A DNA stretch of 64,000 nt from assembly GCF_000181795.1 (NCBI RefSeq), contig NW_003526943.1, forward strand, positions 9,904,849 through 9,968,848. The letters run 5' to 3'. Every line of letters begins with the position of its first letter. Within the stretch, counting starts at the first letter, position 1. Position numbers and translations under genes: made by a program. The stretch comes from Trichinella spiralis (lineage: Eukaryota). Shown here piece by piece: positions 12,155-22,178 of this stretch. The notes below the pieces were generated by a model that was not told where the DNA came from, ran no database searches, and saw only the letters and a program-made list of their open reading frames with translations.

Positions 12155-13924
12155 TTATTGTTGATTTTCTTCAACAGCAAGAGGGACGCTTTCTAAAAAT
12201 TGCTTCAACGTTTGCAGCTGCTCTTCGGACAATTTTTCGTCGTGTGCAATTAACGGATGCTGAGCAATGGGCGCGAAAGCTGCGACGAAATTTGCCGAAT
12301 AAGTGGGACTGACCACTTCGAGAACTTCCATAAGAAAGTAACGAAACAGCGACACGTCGGCCGTGCTGGAGTTCAACTTGGAGCGGATGAAGCGAGCTAC
12401 TGGCAGCGTGTAGTTGTAGGTGAACATGTGGACCATGCGGTCGAGGATCATGCGCCTGCGTTCAAGCTGAAATCGTACATCGCAGCCGTACTGACGAAAT
12501 GCGTCCGAATTGAACAGATGAGTCAGCAGGTCGAACACCTTCTCGTGCAACGAGCTGTACAGCGAAACAATTTCGTCCAAAATGATGAACTCGGTCGGCA
12601 GTTGTTCCTGGTGGGTTTTGAAAAACTCATCCGACATGACCAGGCTGCGTATCCAGTGGAAGACGCCGGTCGCGACGGCGACGTGCTTCATCTCGCCGAA
12701 AATGTCTTGCAAGTGCAACAGCAAGTCGTGCTTGCTGCGAGAGTTGACCAGTATATTTCGCATTTTGGTCAGCAATTTCAAAAAATAGTTCAACTCGTCC
12801 GAACAGATCTGGTGGTCATTTTCCAAGCGGAATGGACTGCAGTCGTCGTTCAAAACCGCCGCGTAGGAGATCAAGAAGATCGCTTTTTCCAAAACTTCAT
12901 CGTTCAAATGTGAATCTTTTCGAAAAACGCAATCGTACAGTAAATCCAAGCAATCCGGATCGCAGAGCAGTTCCGGCGATGGGGCATGCACGTTGTAGTA
13001 TGTGTCGTACAGTTCACCGATGTCGGCGGCAGTCGGCTTCTTCCGTCTCATCATCGAATGAACCGATTCCAGCAAGTTGGAATCGTAATCGTAGAATACC
13101 CGGTACATGGATATTGTCACGTCTACCGTATCCTTCGTAGCGCGAGATTTTCTCAAATAATAGCTAATAAAACGAGCCACGTGAGAATACGTCGGCTCAC
13201 TGGTGATCAAATGATACAGTGTAGTTTGGACGTAAAAATAACCGTACTCGCGCAGACAAACAATTCCAGCTAATTTTTCCAAAGCATCCGCACTTTGGTC
13301 TGAGTGAAGGCTAGATTTCAGAAATTCCTCCAGCACAGTGACGAGAGATTTCACAAAAACTGCATACTGATGAATCGACGTTGCAACCTGAGGTGTAATG
13401 GCACTCAATTCGCCAGTATTCAAAATTGCCTTCACGCAGTAATCGATCACTGTACATTCTGGGAACTTCTCGTGAAGTTTCATGATGAGTGGATGCCAGT
13501 AGGTGGAACTGGTAATTGATGTCAAAATCTGGTGGAATTCTTGAGGTTTGTGTAAGAGACTATCAGTATGGGATGGGCTGAACTTTTTGATTATCAGTGA
13601 AGCCAGTTCATCTTCGAGCATTTTACGAACGGAGTATGCATCCACGCCAACAGACAATGCTGCTTGGGCCATCACATTGCAACTTTGGGCGTGGGCCACG
13701 TAACTGTCAGCGATTACCTCAACTGCTTCTTCCCAGTTGCCACCGGCCGAGATGAATTCTTTTGCTGTACTGACAAACTCACCTTCCATGATAAAATCTG
13801 CAGTACGAAATTTTGCCATACATTTTTGTATTGTCTGCAACTTGCTTGATCCATCCATGTCAATATCATCATTTTCATCTGCTGAGTAAGCATCGTCAGT
13901 AGTTGAAAGATCCGTCGGATTCAT
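12155..13924 (-). CDS. NELFCD: Negative elongation factor C/D (TH1-like), single coding exon, about 589 aa
   Basis: QKCMAKFRTADFIMEGEFVSTAKEFISAGG...SYVAHAQSCNVMA resembles the TH1L segment DYIMEP...YFQAGG...NYTAVAQ. The C-terminal ILDRMVHMF...LPV...DVSLFRYFLMEVLEVVSPTYS matches the TH1L C-terminus. A TTTTCAG acceptor at 13953-13947 precedes the ATG at 13924. Confidence 0.9.
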   Translation of the reverse strand: MNPTDLSTTDDAYSADENDDIDMDGSSKLQTIQKCMAKFRTADFIMEGEFVSTAKEFISAGGNWEEAVEVIADSYVAHAQSCNVMAQAALSVGVDAYSVRKMLEDELASLIIKKFSPSHTDSLLHKPQEFHQILTSITSSTYWHPLIMKLHEKFPECTVIDYCVKAILNTGELSAITPQVATSIHQYAVFVKSLVTVLEEFLKSSLHSDQSADALEKLAGIVCLREYGYFYVQTTLYHLITSEPTYSHVARFISYYLRKSRATKDTVDVTISMYRVFYDYDSNLLESVHSMMRRKKPTAADIGELYDTYYNVHAPSPELLCDPDCLDLLYDCVFRKDSHLNDEVLEKAIFLISYAAVLNDDCSPFRLENDHQICSDELNYFLKLLTKMRNILVNSRSKHDLLLHLQDIFGEMKHVAVATGVFHWIRSLVMSDEFFKTHQEQLPTEFIILDEIVSLYSSLHEKVFDLLTHLFNSDAFRQYGCDVRFQLERRRMILDRMVHMFTYNYTLPVARFIRSKLNSSTADVSLFRYFLMEVLEVVSPTYSANFVAAFAPIAQHPLIAHDEKLSEEQLQTLKQFLESVPLAVEENQQ

Positions 13925-16900
13925 TTCTTCATTTAAAAAATGTCTCCTGAAAATAGAAAAATAAACGAATAGAAATAAATCATCGCTTAATTTTTTAAAA
14001 TTATTCATGTGAAATCCAAAAATGTTCAATAACTGATACTGACAAATTATTCTCGTATAAAGGAATGATATCGTACTAAAATGATATTCAGGTATAATAT
14101 GAGGAACTTCATTTTAATTTATGATATTTCACATTTTTATTGTATTTTCAGCACTAAATTATGTAATGCTACAATGAATATGAATTTCATTTACAAAAAA
14201 ATAAAATAAGTAAAAAATATTCAAAAATAAAAATAATGGCAACGCTTCGTGAAACTTTTCCTTAATATTTAAGATATATGAATCATTAATTTATGAGGTT
14301 CTAACGCACAGCAAATAAATGGGGTAACTGACAAAATGGTGATTTTCAAGTTCAAATAATTTTCACATGGTCAGAAAGCTTTTCTGAAGATAAAAATAAA
14401 TCTGTTGTTCTTCACTATTTTTTAACTGCATGATGATGTAAACCTAAAAAAGAAACAAATAATAAGCTGCAATAATAAATCGAAACAGTTGGCGTGACTG
14501 ATGTGACAACTGCCGTTTTTAAGTACAATTTTAGGAGTTACGCTTGGAAATAATTTCTTAAAAGGTTAAATTCACGGAAAGTCATGTGAATAATTCACTT
14601 ATTCATAAATATAGTTTTCTTTTAATAAACTCCAGTTTAGCTTATGTTAAAAAGGAAACTTGATTTCACGACATTCAATGAATGCGCTGCTCAAACAATT
14701 CTGCTTTTAATAACTCCCATGAATAATGACAGTTAATACAATTGTTTGTCTTTCTGAAGGAAGGAGAATTGACAAACGCGAAAACACTGTTTGCCATTCT
14801 AGCAAGGGAAAAGAGAATCCTGTCTTTATGAAAATGCAATGAAATTCGAAAGCTTAATACGCATTACGTGCTTTGTCGTCCTCTGATTTATTCAATACTG
14901 TTAGAATTATCTTCGAGGTTCTTATGAAATAATAACAGTAAATAAATAAATATGTATCGCAGCTTTATTATAATCCATGACAGGGCAATTATTTGATGTT
15001 TTCATCCTCAGAAAATATAAACAAATTTTTAAAAAGAAAGAAAATTATGTAATTTTCAACTTTACATCTGATGCAAAGCAAAGGTTGCCGACTTTTTTCA
15101 CTTTTGGCCTCAATGATTAAAACAAATTTGAATGATGATTTGTTTTCAATAAGAAATACATTATTTCGTTTAATTAAAAATCACTACGCACGTTCAGTTT
15201 AGTTTTTATAAATTTGAATTAATAATTGTTTAAAATCTCATTTTAAATGAGCTGCTGTCTTTCTGATAAAAGAACATTTTCTTGAACTTATTTGAAACTA
15301 CTCCACAAGTAGAACACAGCAACTTTCCCAACATACAGCGTGAATTGCTTCTTCTTCCACAGTATATTTAGAGAAGTTACAGCAAAGAGAAAAATATGTG
15401 CAGATGAAGAATATTGTAATTAAATAAACTATGATTTCAAACAAAAATCTTATAATCTTATTTTATTGCACTTTTTCCAAAACTACAAAGGACTACTTGT
15501 ATAAATAATGAGGCAGTTTCACAGTATACTATTAAAAATGCTAAATCTGAAGCTTGTACACAATAAATAAGAGTAAAATTTAAAATGCAAACCCCTCGGT
15601 ATATTTATGAACATCGAAATGTTCGTGCACGTTAATCTTCAGGCCATGTAAACCAGTAGTTCATGTACACAAGATGAACTTTTCGTTTAGTTTATTCGAT
15701 TTTCGGTTAATCCATTTCAACTATTGTTATTTGTCATTTCACTTGAATAAAGCAATTTGTATTAAAATTGTAAATTCCGCCCACTGTGAATAATTAAAAT
15801 TCGCTTTCAACTTGCCTTGTTCTTATTGTCGATATCGTCGATGCACTATTTATTTATTTTTACTGTACATTTGTTCGAATTCAAAAAGCTCAACTGTCGA
15901 ATGCCAATTTGAAATGCAGATATTGATGTTGTTTCGATAAAATCTAATGATCTTTATCGGATGTTCAAACTGATGCGTAGTGACGTTATCAAATAATACT
16001 GTTTACTTTCAAATGATGATTTATGAATGGCACTAAAATTCAAGTTTTAATGTATAACTTTTTCAAAATAACATTTCTTTACAAATCATACTGTACCTTT
16101 TACAATATCCAATTACACAACAATATGCAATCGTTTTCGGCAGAGCTATTTGTGATAAACAGGAGAATTTATCAGTTAATGATTTTTCTTCAGCATAAAG
16201 GCTATTGTAAACTTGTTTAAGTTAATATTTTAATAAATTTGCATTACTTTAGTACTTGAATTGTTTTCAAATCATACCGTAAGCAATAAGTTTTGCTCGT
16301 TATTATTTTCAATGAATAATTAGTTTTCATACAAATTTTCACGCATGAGAAGGTTGAGCATCAGCATCACTGTTAGCCAGCTGTTGCAAAGAACGTGGTC
16401 AGCTGTGCCAACTTGAAATTGCTCACCTCTGCCAAAGAGCATAGCAACGCGATGACGTCACGTTTTCTATTTATTTGTTGTTTACAGCCGAATTATAAAT
16501 ATACTTTAACACGACTTGGGCCAATTCAGAGAGCAAAGCCAGCAAAGTTGAAATTGATAAAGCGACGAAGGTTTGATTGATAATCACAACCTTTCGTGAT
16601 TTGAAGTTTTTTTTGAAAATGCCAATATTAAATTAACAGCAGCTTATGTTATTTAACAATGCCAATAAAATGAAATAGAATATAATTTTTAAATGAAAAT
16701 GATTAAATTTTTAATAAATAGTTTTCTCTATTTTTGATGAATGATGCGTTGGAAACAAATTTTGAATTTCTACGTGAAAACAGTGAATACATTTTTAAAA
16801 GAGACAATAACGTCAGCGTTGAAATAAAAATGATCGATTTTCTTTTAACAAATTGCACAAAATTTATTTAAAAATCATAATCCAACGTAGTTGAGCATTA

Positions 16901-17329
16901 GATTAAGCACAACATTATCTTGGTAATGTGTTTTTGCATTATTGGAAATCGATTTGCAGTTTACAATTTCATTTTTATTTAAAATACTCTCTTCATTCTG
17001 CTTGTTGTTTTCTTTACAAAATTTCGTTGGAGAGAAAATTTTCACCAACAATTATTGTCAAGCACATTGACGATTACAGACGGAAAATTGCAAATCTGTG
17101 CAACAACCGTCAACGTATTTACAGTATAACGAATAAAAAGTTGCAGTAATTTTTAAACGAAAGAAAAACTCGCTTCTCTCAACTACAGTAATTGTTTATA
17201 ACCTTGAACTTTAACTTGAATTTTTGAAAATAAATTTCCATATTGCTTTATATTAAAAGAATAAATTTCGGTTGCTTTTTTGCACAAAAATAACAGCATG
17301 AACTGTATTTGTGCAGAACGGAAGATTTG

Positions 17330-17811
17330 TTAAGGTGTAGATGCAGTGTTATTGAACAGACAACACAACAGCCTATACAGAAAACGTACATTGACCGGGT
17401 CATTGGATTCCAATTGCAGGAATCCAGTGATGCTCTCTGTTGTTGTTGTTGTTGTTGAGTTTTTGATTGATCGATGGAAAATTTCTTCTCATTTCTAAGA
17501 TAAAAATTAGGTCAATTTTACCAATTCGACAAAATCTATTCAAGCATTGAATAAAATTTGTAAGCTGAAGCTTCAAATGGTTCGCTTTTGTCATCGCTGT
17601 TCACTGTGTAGCTTCGAATAATAATAATAATAACCTGTCGAATGGGTTGGTTGGAGAAAAGAGCCAACCAAACGTCAGCACTTTTGTTGCTTCTGTCTAT
17701 ATAGAAAACCAGTTTGTCGAGCTTGAACGTGACTTTGCCATCGTAAGCTGCTGCTGTTGTTGACCGTGTCAGGCGGATCAATATAGCCGGATACTGATAT
17801 TCAGTTGAAAA
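17330..17811 (-). CDS. Candidate 3' exons of an uncharacterised spliced gene divergent from HEXIM (5' part unresolved)
   Basis: Phase-compatible GT-AG joins give FSTEYQYPAILIRL...VWLALFSNQPIRQ | LTNFIQCLNRFCRI | ESITGFLQLESNDPVNVRFLYRLLCCLFNNTASTP*. GC is raised relative to the flanks. No confident family assignment. Confidence 0.35.
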
Positions 17812-19433
17812 CTGTGCAAATAATTATAATTTTGTATAAATAATATACAGTCGACGCCAAGGAGAGAAGTGACCAATTTTACAACTGTATTGCACAAATT
17901 TCGAACAACTCTTCGCAATTGGACAATCAGTATAACACAATTTTGAATTCTCACTTTGAAACTTCTTCACTTCCCTATTTTACTGTAATATGGAAAATGT
18001 ATACTGTATACATTGTATCACTGCAGCGTAATAAGTGAAATTCAATTTCATCCTAGTTATTTCAAAACGATTTCAACGTTTGTAATTAAAAATGTATGCA
18101 ATTATTAAGCAATGCAAAACAAATTGTTGACAAAAAATTATTCTCCATCAACGAATTAAAATGTATAAACAAATGATAAGAGAAAGTAAATGATGCCAAA
18201 AGGGAAAAGTGATATTTGCTTGAATTTACGAGATGATGATAAAGTAAAATGTTTCTGACAACAAGGCAATCGATGCACAAGCGTTGACTAAGAGTGTTCA
18301 GTCATACGAATCAATAGTCGTCTCATTGAAAATTCTATTAACAGATGTCTCGTAGGAAAAGATTTTTCCACCAACCGTTGAAACTTTTAACAAACAAACA
18401 AATTTTTAAGCTGAACAAAAAACGCTCATTTCTCCAAAGTGATCTGATGTCTTTCTTTTTACAAAAATATAAAAAACAACTAATAATCAAATATATCGAT
18501 TATACAGGCTAACGTTTTCCATAGCGCACACCAATTCGGAGTACATTCCAAAAAGTACACAATTTTTCGTATCAAAATTGACCGTTGCATACATAACCAA
18601 ATTTCTATTGAAAACAGTTCACTTAATATGTGAAACGAATAGCCTAGATATGAATATTTCCAACAATTGACAAGAAAAATGTTTACAACTGTCATTTACG
18701 GAAGAACAAAGCCACCCCTAATCGTAAAGCTTATTCGTCATGTTTTTCGATAAATTCTTGAAACAGCTACTGCAAACGGCATCAAATGATTTGTTACAAA
18801 TTTCCAACTAAAAATTTTCGCCTCTTTATCGATACTGTTGTTCCTATTGATCTATAGAACACAAATGGACGTATCGTTTGTCATGACAAATTTCATGTTC
18901 AGAACAAGCAAATCGTCAATGAAACAAAATTTAACAATTTTTATTTCATATTTTAATACGAGAAAAAAGAACAACGAAACAAAGTAACAAATAAACAAGC
19001 CGTTGAAAGAAAACATCATTTGTTATACTGACTGTTTGTTTGGATTATTCGACTTGAGAATAATGTGAAAAATTAACAATAACAGATAACATTTTTATCA
19101 CACAGAAACAATTACTCATGTGAAGAAATGCATTTCGTTGAAGAAATTGTACACGCAAAATTATCTCATTGAATATATTGAAATGAATAGATAGATCACT
19201 TGAATAGCATACTGTAGCAACGTCATCAACGTACGCATTTTCGAAGCATTGACTTTGTAAAAGAAAAAAGAAATAAAAATTTAAAAACGTCTTTCAAAGT
19301 GAAATCTAAAATAGAATTCGAAAAGCAAATAAACATTTTAATAAAAATACGAAGAAAAAAGACACTTTTATCAGCGGGTTATTTTCTATGGAATTGCTAC
19401 GTCGCGCGCAGTAGCTCAGCCTTTATATTTAAG

Positions 19434-19488
19434 GATCGCCGCGCGAGCAGTGAGCTCATTTCGGGTTGGCAGTTCAGCGCGTGCGGTC
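19434..19488 (+). other. Predicted 55-nt RNA hairpin (22 bp including G-U pairs) upstream of HEXIM
   Basis: Hand-folded: GAUCGC/GCGGUC, bulged U, CGCGC/GCGCG, bulged A, GAGC/GUUC, GU/GC, AGCUC/GGGUU, loop AUUUC. Confidence 0.5.
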
Positions 19489-19728
19489 GTCTGTTTACGC
19501 GTTGTGCATATAATTCTAACACAGCAGCAGAGGATAGCCTAGCAGAGCAAATAGCATATAGCATAGCTAGTTTGAAACTGCGAGATTGAGATTTCGCGGC
19601 CTTGTTTATTTTGATTATAATTTTTCACAATTTTATTTTATTTTATTTTATTTTATTTTCCGTTTATTTATTTATTTATTTATTTGTTGTACTTTTCATT
19701 TTGCTTTTTTCGTTTGTAAACGGAAAAT

Positions 19729-20622
19729 ATGCAGACAGATGATAATGAAGGCTTAAGCTTTTCCAGCGGCGAAGAGGCGCGGTCGTCGATTTTAACACAT
19801 CCAGACGGTGAGCAGGGAGCAGCAGTAGGCGAACAATTTCAATCGGTGACGCCCTCTTGCGACCGAACTGAGAATTCATCAGAGGTGGTTTCTCTTGTTT
19901 TCGAGGCCGGTGGCTCGTCGGAGAGCAGGGGTGATGATCAGCAGCTTGAGGCGACAGCAGGTAAGCCGAAGCGGAAAAAGCGAACCCGTCGCCAGGTACG
20001 CCGCCCATGGAAACCCTATTTCAAACTGTCTCTGGAGGAGCGCCAGCGGTTGGAGCTGCGCGAAGAGCGTCGTGCGGAGCGGATTCGCGCCCAGCGCTTC
20101 GCCCACGGTCTGCCGGTGGCCCCTTACAACACGACGCAGTTTCTGTTGGACGACCGCGAAGCCCGCGAGTCGGAACCGATCTGCGTCGATGAAATTGTTG
20201 ACACAATACGTCACGAAGGTGCCGTGAATGACCACCACGGTCACACCAAACACGTGCCAAATCATCACCATCATCATCACAGTGATCATATGGTGGGCGA
20301 TGAGTATTCTTCGGATTCGGTGACCACTTCAGAAGGTGATTTGTGCATGTTGGAACGGGAATTCGATTACGAATACGAAACAGCGCACGCGGAACGTTTG
20401 GAAGAGATGAGCAAAGAGCAACTGGTGCAGGAGTACATTCATTTGGAGAAAGAGCTGGAACGTTATCAATCGGAAAGCGCTCAATTGCGCAGTGCAGTAT
20501 CTGAACTGGCCAAACGATGCAGTACCTGTGGACACAACGACGTAACACCACCACCACCACCACCACAACTTGTCGGTTTGGCTGATGGAGAAGAGCACCA
20601 ACAAAATGGTCATTCGACTTGA
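19729..20622 (+). CDS. HEXIM: HEXIM, the 7SK-binding P-TEFb inhibitor; intronless, 297 aa
   Basis: Basic RNA-binding motif KPKRKKRTRRQVRR, then WKPYFKLS, then the diagnostic PVAPYNTTQFL, an acidic region, and the cyclin T-binding coiled coil MSKEQLVQEYIHLEK. Confidence 0.95.
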   Translation: MQTDDNEGLSFSSGEEARSSILTHPDGEQGAAVGEQFQSVTPSCDRTENSSEVVSLVFEAGGSSESRGDDQQLEATAGKPKRKKRTRRQVRRPWKPYFKLSLEERQRLELREERRAERIRAQRFAHGLPVAPYNTTQFLLDDREARESEPICVDEIVDTIRHEGAVNDHHGHTKHVPNHHHHHHSDHMVGDEYSSDSVTTSEGDLCMLEREFDYEYETAHAERLEEMSKEQLVQEYIHLEKELERYQSESAQLRSAVSELAKRCSTCGHNDVTPPPPPPQLVGLADGEEHQQNGHST

Positions 20623-22178
20623 TGCTCGTATTGGCGACAAAATTTACACTTTTTATTGATTGACTGTGTTCCCAACCAAGCAGACATCATTGTAATGAGC
20701 AGTGAATTTTATTGTTGTTGTTGTTGTTGTTTCTGCTGCTGTATAAACAATAGACACAACACAATTCAATTCAAACTCCAAAGATGTATATATATATATA
20801 TATACAAGCACGGTGAAAAAAAGCTACTACTCAAAGGATATAGTTTTTTGCTTTTTCTCGATTTTCGGTTAGTTTTCCATTTTCTACTCTAGGCGATGTG
20901 AAAGAAAAAAAATTTTTTTTTCTTATATTTTGTCTCGTTTCTGCTTGTATGCAAATGCTGTGACATTTACATTCTCCTCATTATTTTTATTTTTTGTTGC
21001 ACAAAGCTTGTCCAGTTTAAAAAGTTTAAAACGAAAAATTTATAAAATGTTTAATATGTCAACGTGCGTTCATTTGCTTTTTCTGTCTTATTGTACCGAC
21101 TCGCTGGAATTGTGAGCGATGGTTTTTTATTTGTTTTAGCTTTTAGATATTTGGCCATTCGAGAGAAGCCACTTTCGCATGTTCGACACACCACGGCTTG
21201 CTGTGCTTGGACGATGTGATTTTTGCAGCTCTACTTGCAGGCCAGACTTGCGCGCGTATTCTATGTACATATTATTTGTGTGTGTGATGAAAGTAATTTT
21301 TATCATCATTTGAATTTTAATATAGTGTGTACAATGCAGTGCAGAAGAAGAAAACGGTGGCAAGTAACTAGCTAAATATGATGGTAATAATAATTTCTAC
21401 TTTTTTACTGATATTATCCTATCCATTGCATATTGTGCTAGAAGGTGATCGACAGCTGTTACAGGACTAGGTGAGCCAACACAACGCAGAAAACATTTTC
21501 GAGGCTGAATGAAGTATATGAATTTTCTTTTTTAGCAAGGGTTGGAGCATTTAAAGTTTGTTTTTGGATAACTGTAATTATTTTAGATGAAAAAGGTTGT
21601 CTGCAGTTATAAATGAAATTGAATAAAAGAAAACTGCAACACCCGTAGAGGAAGCAACAGAAAGCAATATTTGCTTCGAGCTTTACGGCACTGCGAATCA
21701 ACTTTGCAATAGCACTTTTACTGAAATCGTGCGAAAAATAAATCAATTACAACAGCACAATAAACTAAAAATAAACTTGTTGACGGTTGAAAATTTACTT
21801 CAGAATGTGCTGTATTGTGGGCGACCTGTATGTGTAAACCTGTAGCATACTTTAAAGCACGAGTTTAAATGTAGTAATTATCGTTAAATTATGTTACACT
21901 GATAGAACTGTATTTGTAAATGATGTTGGAAGTTTTGCGTAAAAGTATACAAAGGGGGAATAAATACTGTAAATTTGTGATCAGTGTCGAATATCGTGTC
22001 AAATTACAGATGAATGATTATTCTACATAGTGCGAACGTTGTGAAAGCTGATATTCGGTCACAATGAAAGTTTGCGAAATGAATTTGCACGAAACAGACA
22101 CAACAAGAACTACTACTATACGACACAAATACGACATGTAAATCGAACAAATGTTTTCAACTAATCAACGGCAATTCA

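Noticed and set aside
12257..12913. 218-aa plus-strand ORF
   Set aside because: Antisense shadow of the GC-rich NELF-C/D CDS; no motifs.
13925..14029. 35-aa N-terminal extension of the NELF-C/D ORF
   Set aside because: It starts at a non-ATG codon and runs through a pyrimidine tract and TTTTCAG acceptor, so it is intron or outron sequence.
19676..20640. Several overlapping ORFs across HEXIM
   Set aside because: Alternative-frame or antisense artefacts of GC-rich coding sequence.
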